A stretch of DNA of 64,000 nt from assembly GCF_006345805.1 (NCBI RefSeq), contig NC_043000.1, positions 103,974,001 through 104,038,000 on the forward strand. Direction: 5' to 3'. This document shows, piece after piece, positions 39,196 through 51,065 of the stretch. The stretch is from Octopus sinensis (lineage: Eukaryota). The notes beneath the pieces were generated by a model, which worked only from the letters and a program-made list of their open reading frames with translations, was not told the DNA's origin and made no database searches. Within the stretch, counting starts at the first letter, position 1. The number at the start of each line of letters is the position of its first letter. A program made the translations under genes and the position numbers.

Positions 39196-39848
39196 CTATA
39201 TATATGTATATATATACATATATGTATGTATTTAATATATGTATATATGATATATATATAGAGATAGATAGAGAGAGAGAGAGAATGTAATGAGTGAATG
39301 AGAATAACGATTACGGGTTAAAAAAGAATAAAAATTATTGAAAGTGGGTAGAAATAAATACTACGTAGTGTAATAGTACTACACTAGGGTATCTGTAAAA
39401 AGTTGAATGGGATTTCGAAATATAACAAGGAAAAATTCAGATCCTGTGAATTTTCCAAAAGTCCTCTCTCCACCTCAAGATTTTCCCCACAAATTACTTT
39501 ATAGTCATAATGTATGCCATTTCAAAGGTATTTATATAAAATTTCATTGAAAAGAACCACATTTTCCTAAAAGTTATGTGGGAAAAACTTGATTTTCCGC
39601 ACAAATTTCTTTATAATCCTAATGTATGCTGTTTGAAAAGTATTTCTATAAAATGTCATTGAAAAACCCTATTTTCCTAAAAGTTATGAGGGAAAAGCTT
39701 GGATCTTGTGTATTTTCTGAAGTCCTCTCCCCACCTTCCTGTTGCTTTGCACACATTTTTTTTCCATATTCGTTTCCTCCACATTGTTTTACACTCATTC
39801 CAATATTTTTTTGGATTCTCATTTCCGGGTCAAGATGTAAAACTAACC
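38489..39848. mobile_element. 1360-bp non-autonomous foldback DNA transposon with long modular TIRs and a perfect 8-bp TSD
   Basis: TSD AAACACTT at 38481-38488 and 39849-39856. Termini GGTTA...TAACC. The left arm (38489-~38975) and right arm (~39432-39848) are imperfect reverse complements built from ~156-bp subrepeats. The spacer is (TA)(TATG)(TG) microsatellite plus ~140 bp of unique sequence. Confidence 0.88.
38976..39285. repeat. Compound microsatellite (TA)n(TATG)n(TG)n...(GA)n
   Basis: Read directly from the sequence. Other long simple repeats: (TA)n at about 1603-1635, 2249-2316, 15998-16058, 31223-31265, 32650-32745, 51014-51062 and 54209-54250; (AAT)n at 28376-28432; (TAT)n at about 54760-54790. 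Confidence 0.95.
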
Positions 39849-40029
39849 AAACACTTCATTTCATATTGCTCCAATCTATTCAGCTGGTGATAATGAGTAA
39901 TCTTGTAATGGACCATCATCCCATCCAAGGAGGCAATATATGCATCACAGAATTTGGAAAACTGGCTTTATGAGCCCATGACTCAGGATGAACCTGTAAT
40001 CTTTTTTTTTTTTTTGGTTACTAATGTGC

Positions 40030-40580
40030 ATACTGCTCTTGCACATCTCTGATAGCAATCCTGTAATTCCACTATACCTCTTTTGCACCCATTTTTTACA
40101 GTGTATGGAGTTTATACCTATTCCTTATCTGTATATTGAACAAAACCATCTCCATGAAGATACCAAGGTCCTCTCTTCTCTCCTGCTTGCTAAAACCTTA
40201 GTCTTTACTCAATTTATCTTGAGGGATCTCACTTCTAGGTTTAACTTCCATGTCTGGAATTGTCTTCTCTAATATAGAGCATATAGGAGTTCCCATAGAC
40301 AGCCAATCTTAAACTCCTCTGTGATGGCTTGTAGGGCTATTGAATTATAGAAGACTGAACTACCCTTATGATAAATTCATCACTGAAATTGTTGGCTCTC
40401 ACTTCCCTTACTGCATCTTTGTACATAGCATGTACAGCATCACAAGCCATTCATCTACTCCTAGTTTTCTTAGTGACCACCAAATTACTGAATTTGTGAT
40501 ACCTTGTCAAATGCCTTTTCCTAGTCAACGAATGTCAGCAATAGTGGTTTACTCTTATCAAAATATTTCTCCAGCATTTA
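40030..40580 (-). mobile_element. Degraded RTE-clade LINE RT fragment
   Basis: Translation on the - strand gives KPLLLTFVD*EKAFDKV, LQAITEEFKIGCLWELLYA and KIN*VKTKVL, followed by a Cys-containing RTE linker (WFCSIYR*GIGINSIHCKKW). Confidence 0.8.
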
Positions 40581-42496
40581 TTTAATATTGATTAATAAAG
40601 CTTAATCTGAAGTAAGACTAGGAATATCAGTAAATGACTAAAAATACTATGGTACAAGGGTTTTAATTTAAAATGTTGGCATTCACCACTAGAATCAGTT
40701 TTAGAAATTCAATAACAATAAACCTAATTTATTGCCAACTGTAACAGGAAATGTAATGACATCATTTCTAAATATATTCTTTTATTTTATTCCTTTCAAT
40801 GTGTACAATCTTTGTTGAGGCAAGTTCATGTTTATGGAGTTTATTAAAATTTTGAATTTCATGATGGACTAAGTCTTTTAGAGAACAACATATCTTTATT
40901 TGAATAGCTGTTACTATTATATGTAGGCATCATTGATCCAGGTGTGTTTCTTGTTAAACTTTGTTTGTGACCTAATTTTAATTCCTAATTTACATCTCAC
41001 TCATGCCTTTGATAAAGGTACAAATGTTCAAACATCCTTTTCTCCTAAAATTTTGAGATTTCATACATAAGAAAACCCTGATGACACAAGTATTTTACGA
41101 AGAGTTCCCATCTTCATATCTTGATCCAATAAGTACTCACTGTCATTAGATCTTGATCAACCTGATCATGAAAATGTGAATGTAAAATAATATTTAAAGA
41201 GTAATGGTAGTTCTTAGTGAACTCCTGTTATCTTTATCTCATTTTGCAATGAACCAATGAGAATGCTTCTACACTGTCAGTCAACTTGCTAGAAATAGCT
41301 ACCAAATGTTTCTCAAATTACACCCAACTGTCCTTTTAAAAAAGAAAAAGGGAAGGACAAATTGGATAATTTAATCTGAAATAAACTGTCTTAAAAAAAG
41401 GAATGGTCACAACTAGAATGGCTTTGATCATAAGTGCTCAGTTAAAGCTTACCTGAGGTTTATCATTGGCACAATTAACTTGTAGAAAGGTGCTATTACT
41501 ATAAACATATATACGAGAGGAAAAAATACTATTATTTCTTGTTTGTAACTTTATAAATAAAACATCTACTGACAGTAGATTCTCTCAACTCATCAGATTA
41601 GGTTATGCTGTCCTTTATGCTTTCACTAACACAAGTGTTGTTTCTATTCTTTTTGCCTTACATGTAGTTTAATGTGTCTGTCAGAATCCAATAGGATTTC
41701 TTTATTTTTATATTTCTATTTGACTGAAGCTTCTTTCGTTGATGATTTAAGGACCAAAGATAAAATTGGTCGTGATGAAATTAAAATTTGAAGTTAAAAT
41801 TGAAATTATTAAAAGTACAAATTGTTTGATTGATAATTTACTGTTGTTGTGCAACCCAAATCTCTGATCATGCAGTCCTATGCCAAAAGCATTTCAGATC
41901 TGATCTTTTCATCTTTTTAGTGGTATGTCCCCTTATTTAAGATAAAAGGGTGTGATTTCAAAGAAATTTGGCTGCTATTTTTGGCTGTTCAAGCCACCTT
42001 GTAGACTGGTGGTTCTCAACCTTTTGTAGCTAAACACCTCTTTCAATAAATGTCATTTTACTAATTACCCTTCCTGTGTTTTGAAAAGAAATCTATAAAT
42101 GATTTTTATAATACAGAAGCTAATTTCACACCCTGGAGCCCCCTTGACATTTACTGCTTCCTTGAAAGAGGTATAACTGCTCAGTTTAATAATAGTTGAA
42201 ACAGAGGCTCCATTGTTGGCTCATTTTTTAGTAAGTTGTGATCTATGGATAGCATGTTTCTACTGTACAGTTTTAATATTCCTCTAATATCCCTTGTCCA
42301 GTATAATGTTATTCTCACTTTCACTCCATAAAACTTTTTACTAAAGAAGTATTTTTCTATACCAACTTTAGTGGCCTAACAATCTATATAATAATTGAAT
42401 AAAGGTAGTTTAAACTTTTGGAATGGGATAATTTTGATGTTCGTTGGTTCCTCTTTAAATATAAAAATGCAATTTCAGTATATCTGTGTTCCTTTG

Positions 42497-42850
42497 TACA
42501 AGGTGTATTCCAGAAGTTTTCAGACTTTTTCAGGAGAGACATTTATTAATTTCAAAAAAGTACAAAGCACTAATCTCCTTTGAAGTATAATCCTCTGATT
42601 TCAATGCACTTGTAGTATTCTAGCCATTTCAGGAAGGTCCCCATGAAAGTCCTCCAAAGTGAAGGTGTCCAGGACCCTTGTCACTGCCTCCTTTTTCTTC
42701 AAAATGACTTCCTCTGCGGTTCTCCTTCATCTTGGGGAATAGTGAAAAGTAACAGGGAGTAAGTCTGAATTGCATGGAGGGAAGAGGACGGTTTTGATGT
42801 CCATCTCTGTCAAATAGTTGGTTACCAGGATACTTGTCACTGAGCCCCAT
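42497..42850 (-). mobile_element. Tc1/mariner (mariner-type) relic: transposase C-terminus and right TIR
   Basis: LTPCYFSLFPKMKE..RGSHFE (cf. SPDLAPCDFWLFPKLK..LRG.RF), followed by AVTRVLDTFTLEDFHG. The element end reads TA|CAAGGTGTATTCCAGAAGT at 42497. Confidence 0.75.
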
Positions 42851-43807
42851 GGAAATAAACTTTGGACATGTTCAGATCTTTATGAATTATTCTGTGTACA
42901 TGCCAATTCCAAACTGTATGCTTACTGTCTTCATTGGCATACAACAGTTTTCATTCAGAAAACTGAATTTTCTCAATCAGCACCAATATTGACATCCCTC
43001 TCTCTCTCCCACACTTCTCTTCATCTCTCACCATCTCTCTCCCATTCTTGAATCTCTTATGCCAGTAAAAAAGTTAACCCATAAGCAGTCTGGAGCATTT
43101 CTTAAGCTTTCCCAGTTTAACATAAAACTTTATTGCATTGCAAGCTTCTAAATTGTCTTTACATACTGACTGCATTCTGCAAACTAGTCAGCTATGGCAA
43201 GCAGTGTTTAAGTGGTGTATTCAAAGTACTGTTACAACTATCTACTTCAATCTAGAATAACAAAAGTTAGCAGGTCAGCTTATTAAATGTATAGTAATTA
43301 TATGCTAAAATTACAATAATCTAGGACAGTTATAACCTCCTCTCCTAAAAGTATCTCAAAACTCCAGGAATGAACCTCATATAAAGAAATATAATATTAG
43401 AGTTTACAAATATTTTATGATAAAAAGCCATAATGTTGTTTTAAGGAGTCTTTAAACAATGTAAAACATGATTTTTATGTTTAATAATATTTATTTACAT
43501 ACAGAGAAAGGCTTACTGTTTAGTGGTATTTGTTTCATGGTAAAAATGCAATTTCAATTTTTGTACACTGCTATCTTTATTTCATGCCATTCAACAAATC
43601 CAACCTACAAAAGTTAATTTCTTCTGTCTTACTCTGTTTGCTTGATTGTTTGGCTTTCTGCTCTGCTATATGAAAAAGGTAAAAAAAACGTCATTGAAAC
43701 TAAAAAGTCTGTGGTTTTTTTTTTAATCATGGATTTACCAAGTGACATTTATGTTGTATTTTACATAATACTTGCTTCTTTGGTAAGCTATTTAAATATA
43801 AAGTAAA

Positions 43808-44440
43808 GGTATCCGGGGGGAGAGGTAGACCCAGGAAGACATGGGATGAGGTAGTCAAGCATGACCTTCGAACGCTGGGCCCCACAGAGGCAATGACAAA
43901 AGACTGAGATCTCTGGAGATATGCTGCGACTGCAAAGACCCGACAAATAACATGAGTTCATGGCCGTTTCCTGCACCAGTTTCACATGGCCCCTGCCCAT
44001 CCAAAGTACCTTGGATTGCAGAACGACCTGCTGTGCTTACCTTGGATCGTAGGATGACCTGCTGTGCTTGAGGAGACCTATTGAGTCAAGTACATCAACA
44101 CCAAAATAAATATCAAATGGAAATTGTAGTTGCGATACCTGTGCCGGTGGCACGTAAAAAGCACCATCCGAACATGGCCGATGCCAGCGCCGCCTTGACT
44201 GGCTTCTGTGCCGGTGGCACGTAAAAAGCACCAACCGATCGTGGTACCTGGTACCTGTGCCTGTGGCACGTAAAAAGCACCCACTACACTTATGGAGTGG
44301 TTGGCATTAGGAAGGGCATCCAGCTGTAGAAACACTGCCAGATCAGACTGGAGCCTGGTGCAGCTTCCTGGCTTTCCAAACCCTGGTCAAACTGCCAATC
44401 TGTGCTAGCACAGAAAACGGATGTTAAACGATGTTGATGG
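43808..44440 (+). mobile_element. 5'-truncated RTE LINE: ORF2 C-terminus plus 3'UTR
   Basis: GRGRPRKTWDEVVKHDLRTLG...TKD*DLWRYA is a typical RTE ORF2 end. The 3'UTR has three GTGCC.GTGGCACGTAAAAAGCACC units, the TTAGGAAGGGCATCCAGC motif and a degenerate (GAT)n tail. Confidence 0.85.
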
Positions 44441-45692
44441 TTGGACCCAAGGAAACTAGGAGTGATCTGTGCTAGCAAGAGAGGCATAGTATGCATGGGA
44501 GATCAAGAGTGCAGTCACCTTCTGAGTGCAAGTGTGAAAGGATGCAAAATTTCCTTTTGATTATTATGCCTATTAAGGTAGGCTTGCAAATAATTGCCTT
44601 TGTTCCCAGATGCTGAGAACTCATGCTTTGTCACTAGCCAAAAAATTTAGAGAATATAACAATTCAAAAGTATAATAAATTTGCTTACCATCTCCAACAA
44701 ATGATATTATTTGAGAAATCAGCTTGTTCCTCTTCTTTCCTGCAAACTAATTTATACTTTTGAACTATTTATATTTTGATATATGCTGAATGAGCTACAG
44801 ATTATATGAAAAATGAACTCAATCAGATGAAATACAATGTTTATTTAGATAGCCACATAAGCAATACAATTTCTTCCAGATATTGGTAGCTGTAGTAGTA
44901 TAATGCAAAAATTCATGGGAATTCTGATCATGTGTGTTATAAAGTAAAATTCTCTCTATTTCATCATTCAAATAGTTCTTCTCTTTATGTAAAAGAGGAA
45001 AGAATCCTCAAATGTAACTTTCCTCTTCTTTATACTTGTTAGTGTTTCTTAAAATGTATAAATAACAAGTAAAATGTTGTTTCATTAGCTATAGAAACTC
45101 AATCTTTGATATTCAATGATACTCCCTGGATCTATGGAAACAGTTTTAGTGCTCAAACATTGTTTCTTTAGAAAAAAAAAATAGTAATTGATTTTTTTTT
45201 TCTTTTTGCACATTTACACTGAAATCCCAATAATATATCATTTGTAAACAGAAATTAAATCAATAATGAATATAATACCTGGCCTGTTTTCCTAATCTAT
45301 TTGTGCAGCTCTGCCACTTTCTTTTACTGTCAGTTTTCTCCCTCTCTCTTCTCCTCTATTCTCTTTCCTTTGGCTTGCTCACATACTCACTCATTTTTTT
45401 TTTCCAATTCATTTTGCTTAAAGCTTGCCATATATCACCAATTTTATCACTCATTTATATCTCATTTCTCAGTTTCTTAGTTCTTCTTTATCTCTCATGA
45501 CTTTACTCTCTATCCTGTCACTTCTCTCTTTGTCTCTCTCCCTTTGTTTTTTGCCTCCTTCTCCCTTCTTCTGTCAGATATTTCATTTCTCTTTTAAATT
45601 ATTTAGAAAAGGACCTTCCTAGCTCATCTCTAATTACTGAAAACAGCTTATTAATTTATGCTTCACTGACTTATCTATAAAAATAGCGTATG

Positions 45693-45714
45693 ATTGGTTT
45701 ATTAACTGACGTCA
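45693..45714. promoter_or_regulatory. Intronic reverse CCAAT (ATTGG) plus full CRE (TGACGTCA)
   Basis: ATTGG at 45693-45697 and TGACGTCA at 45707-45714, downstream of a 300-bp pyrimidine tract. Confidence 0.25.
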
Positions 45715-47249
45715 CCTGGAAGAGATAACTGTTTCCAGTTTACATAAAATCTTTTTTTGTGTGTGGGTGGGTGGTTTTAGTAGAAAGGATTGCCATATCA
45801 AACTATCCGGCCTCTGAAGCATTAGTTTACTTCCTATTAAATGCATTTCATTGTGTTACTACTGGTTAAGCAAGACATTAAACACTGCTTGCTTTACTTG
45901 TCATTGAGATTCAAGTCAGTCCTAATTGAGAAAATCTTTGATCAGGGATGTTCCAGTGTGTTTTTTTTAAATGGTAGGGTGTGATTTGGGAGAGATTTAG
46001 CTGTTATTTTCAATTGAGATTCCCTCAATGGAGATGATGAGTATAGTAAACCACTGTGGCAACTTCAAGCACTATAAGGGAGCCACCACATGATTGCTTG
46101 ACCTGGTAGAAATAGCAACAAAATCTCCTTAAATTAAATCCTACTGTCTTGAATAAGGAGAAGATACATTAGAAATATGTAGCCATATCCCTAAAAAGAC
46201 AGGATAGTCATGACTGTATCATTCATATATCTCTCCAACAGGTCTGGGTTAACCATTAAACAATATATATATATAAACACAAGTTGAGAGCACCTAAAAA
46301 AGGACATCACTGTTTTTTTTATTTTCTGTACACGAGTTCCTGTGGTGCAGATGTTAAAAAAGTTTAGGATTTTTACTTAGTAAATAAAAAAAGGGTGAAA
46401 AAATTGCACTTTTTTGTTTTTGTCCTAGTTATAAATAATTTACTTATATTAAAGAAACACATTATATTTAATATAGCTGTGAGATGGTATAGGGATGGGA
46501 TGGGAGAAAACTGAATATTTAATCTATTATTTCACATTTGGCACTTTTTCATCCTAATGTCAGTTTGACAATGAAAGGGTCAAGAGGGAACCATTGTTGA
46601 ATTGCGTAAGGGCAATCTGTTAATCTTAATTTGGCCTTCTCTTCAAATCTGCCTACTTTACTCTCTCCTCTACTTTTCTCTTCCTTTCGAAAACTTATTA
46701 AAAACGAGAAGAAAGCAAATCAGCTTGTCATTTAACCCAAGGTCAACTTTGATTTAGCAAAACCTATCATCAAAGGTATTCCATATGTAACCATCCTGTG
46801 CATTATTAAAACTATTATAGGTGAGGGCTTGACTGTGTGGTCAAGGAGTTCACTTACCAACTAACTACGTGCTTACCAACACTTACCCAAGGTATCTGCG
46901 TGACACCTTGGGTAAGTGTTTTCTACTAAAACCTCAGTCCAACCAAAGCCTTGTGGGTGAACTTCGGTGGACAGAAAGAAACCTGTTGTATGAGTATGTG
47001 TTTACATTTGCACTCTACAAATGTCGAGAGCTCGGAGCGGGTATAGTGTTGCTGTTACTTTTCCTGTTTGCATATCATCTGTTCGCTTTGAACTTTTGGA
47101 AACATGTGAAATATGAAAGTCTTTTCTTGAAAAATAGGTAAAGATTAGTGACAGAAGTGTAAAATGAACGAATGAATAACATCCATATTGTGCTGTTGCA
47201 TACTTCACATGATTTACTTGTTTACTATATCAGATGGTGATATGATTAG

Positions 47250-49200
47250 TGCTATATGGATATCAGTTTGACAAAGGGAGCTCAGTTCCTCTGTTGAAGA
47301 AAAGTGCTGAAGGTTAGGGCCTGCTGCAACTATTACTTTGTTCTGAATAAACAATATACAGTGGGACGACATTATTAGACTTAGAATAAGCACATCACTG
47401 GGTGTATTTTAGCAATGAGTAATATGCCAGCACATTCAACACTCAAAAATATCACCAGTTATAAAGGTACACATTCTTGGAATAATTAATTGGCTCAATA
47501 CACTAGAAATATTATTTTGAGATTACTGTGATAGATAACAGCAGAAAAGGGATGATTCTATAGTATATTAGAAAGGAATATCCCTCCTGGTCCAATTCTA
47601 TCCCACAAAATTTGACTTACAAGAGGAGCAAGGTTTGGTCTGTTTCACCCCAAGACAGATTCCTTGCCCAAATATATTACCCGACATAAAACAAAATAAT
47701 GCAAAGGCATGTGATTTTGATAATCATGGTACTGATGGTTGTAGTAGTATACCAATTCATTGAGACAAATCATTCAATGAGAATGAAATTGTTACTGTTA
47801 TTGAACATCACTTTTAAAAGAAGTTCATTTGCATTGGTGGAGATATGTGATACAGTTAAACAGCAAGCAAGGTGCATAAAACAACACATACCTATTACTT
47901 ATGATGAAGATAATATCAATTTTATTTGGCAATCTCGAATTATGAAATAAATAAATAAAAAGTTCTATTATGTGTATGGTTTCAAATCTCACATCTCTTC
48001 TGCTGCTGTGGTTGGGAAAGAGTCAAACGTTCTACTTATATTTGAAAAGAAATTACTAAATCAGCCAAAGAAACAACCTGTAATACCTATTGTTGAAGAG
48101 GTACTAGAAAATATGAATAGATTTTAATATATCACCAAATAGAATTAGATTCATCATTGCATCATTAGAACATTTCCAGCAGATTATCACTGTGCAAGTG
48201 TTTGGTTCTGGGAATGTCCACAATATTTGAAAATTTCCAGTTATCATTAGCAGTTTTTCTTTTTTTTAATCTGAGACTACTAACATAATATTACAGATTA
48301 TATACTAGTCTACAACAAGTTTAACAATTTAATGGTTTCACATTAAATCACAAGAAATGTATTTTTTGTGTGAGAATATTTTAAGTTCCTTCTTTCAAAT
48401 CAAAGTGTTTAAACCAACACAGGATATGGTTAGTATTGTAGTGGCTCACTAAACGTCTTGGGGATTACCAAGCTTTTTTAGTTGTTTCATGTCACTAAAA
48501 CAGAATGCGGAACCTGACAACAATAAATAAATGAAATTTAAAGGATGGTAAACAAGATAAACAATTTCAATAATGAAAATAATGTATGACATCAAGTACA
48601 ATACTATTGCACTTTGATAACAAAGTGGGAGTTGTTTTATCAATGTTGATGCCTGTTCTGTTGGACTGGCTGTTGTATTGATACAACAGGACGTTAGGAG
48701 CATTGTTTCCTGTGCATCTAAAACACTTTCGAATAACAATTTTGTCAAACTAGCAGTATGGGATATATAAAAAAATTTCATTCAATATATTCAGTGAGCA
48801 TCAACTACTGTACATCCCCAATGACGTAGATTAATGTCCTAAGAATAACATCTCCAGTTTAGAAGGCATTCACACTCCAACAGATTCACTGACATGTCAG
48901 TAACAACAGAATATGTTGAAATGACCGTTGCAAATGATATGTCAATTTTATAATTACAAATGCAATTCAAGCTCTTACTTTGAGGAGGTTCACAAAATTC
49001 TTTATATAATATTGATTCAGTTCGGAGGCTTGATCATGAGTTGAGTTTACTGAATGAATCAACCATTCAAAGTGGCTAAAATGTTAACGAGGTGTCGCAA
49101 AACAGCACACCTGACCAGGAATCACCTGGACTACATATGGCATAACCTACGTGGGTCTACAAGAATTAACAAAGGCATACCAGCAATCAAATAGAGTCCT
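47250..49200 (+). mobile_element. Heavily decayed Ty3/Gypsy LTR-retrotransposon pol relic (PR-RT-RNaseH)
   Basis: Remnant motifs in pol order: FDKGSSV (protease-like, ~47260), IPIVEEVLENMN..YITK (RT, ~48086) and VDACSVGLAVVLIQ...VSCASKTL (Ty3 RNase H, ~48645). No LTRs recognised. Confidence 0.6.
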
Positions 49201-51008
49201 TATAGTGGACAGTACCATTTCTGGAAGTGTTAATCACAAGCATAAGCCTTATGCATTATTATATACATTACTTATGGAATTATTTAATTCTTTCTACTGC
49301 ACATAGACCTGAAAACACTAACCTGGGTGAAAAGCGATAGAAAGCAACCTTGCTAATTTTAAGCACAGTTGAGATTTAGCTATTGTTAAGTTACAAGTGT
49401 GTTTATATTCATGCATAAGTGCAGAATGGCTGAATAGTTAAGAGGGTTGCTTCACAACCATGTTATCTCATGTTCAATTCGCTTCGTGGCATATTTGGAC
49501 AATGTAATTTTCTATGGATTCAGGTCAATTTCCTACTTCGTGAATGAAATTGAGTATGCAGAAACAGTATAGAAGTCCATCAAATTCTTGTATCATGCTG
49601 ATTCTGCATGGAATTATATCACTGCTAAGTACATCTGTAAAATACTCTGTTACTTGTGCATTCATTCAATGAACAAGTAATTCAGTTGATAAAATGATTA
49701 AATTTACATCAATGAAATAAATGGAGAACCAGCTGTATACGTGCACAACTGTAAATGCCAAGAAACAATAATTATCTTGTCTTCCATTGTAATATCACTG
49801 ATATTTAGGATGCATTATAAGAATCTGCTCCAGAACTTGATTGATACTTCATTTTATTGATCCTAGAAGCACAGAAGGCTAAATTGATCTAGACAGGATT
49901 TGAACTTGAATGTAAAAGCCTATAATTAAATGCTGTAAGCACTTTGTCCTATATAAAGCTGTCACTAGTAAAAGCTGTTGGTTGTTTTTCCTTGAGTATG
50001 TGACCTAAAAAACTGTTGACCTAAAAAACTTGTATCCATATAAATTTGTTTTTAATTGTAAAGTATACCAACTATGTTTTTTTTTTATGTGTGTGTGTGA
50101 TATGAACAGACTTGCTCTCCTCTTCTCTCTTTGCTAGTTTAAACAAACTATATATGTTGCATATATACAACGATTATTTGTTTCATTGGCCTCATCCATT
50201 TCTCCTATTCAATAAAACCTGCTAGAAATGATCGTCTATTTTCTTTCAAATTACACCATGCCACCTTGATTAAGGAATTCTTGGTGATTCAGGCAGTGAG
50301 GAATGAAGTGTAAATTTGAACCCATCATCTGGTGATTCAGTACCTTCCCCATTCTGCTTGTTCTTGTAATTGCACAAGTCTCACTTATTCCTAGCTCCCT
50401 TTTTAGTTGGGCTAAAGAAGGCTATGGGCATTGACTCTTATTCTCAGACCAAAATCTACAATAAAAGTTATTGATTCTTTTAACTTATAAAAATACATAC
50501 ATGGGATCAGTTGAATCAACTTTTTGTGATCACTCAAGCTGCTGGAAATAGAAGCCAAATCTCTCTCAAATTTAACTTCACCATCTGAGAAAAAGAGGGG
50601 TACATTAGATAATATATTCTTGGATAGTCTTTGTCTAAATAAGACAAGATGGTTATGTCATTGCACATAGTTTTACTTCATATGCTTAATCACAGGAACT
50701 GAGAGTTAATGAAATATTTAGTAATTTTTATTTTGTTGAAGTTGAATTTTAATTTTAGTTTCAATTTCACTTCAACTGTTTCCTCTATCCCTTCTTCAGT
50801 TTCCTATCACAATCATCTTGATAATTTATGAAGTAGTGCATTGGCTGAACCATTAGAGCCTAGGACAAAATGCCTTGTAGTAATTAGTTACACAGATCTT
50901 TATGTTCTGACTTCTATTCCTGCTAAGATGAGCTTTGCCTTTTATCGCTCCAAAACCAACAAAATAAAGTACCAGCCAAGTACTGGAGTTGGTGTAATTG
51001 ACTACTTC

Positions 51009-51065
<57 letters not shown>

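Larger units (their letters stand above)
38395..39990 (+). mobile_element. tRNA-derived SINE split by the foldback insertion (5' part 38395-38488, 3' part 39849-39990)
   Basis: The head GACTTAGTGGTTAG...GTGTTGTGTTCTTGAGCAAAACACTT continues seamlessly as CATTTCATATTGCTCC after the insert is removed. Confidence 0.65.

Noticed and set aside
42005-42205. hAT-like MITE start (CTGGTGGTTCTCAACC) interrupting an interspersed repeat
   Set aside because: The right TIR and TSD are too degraded to define the element.
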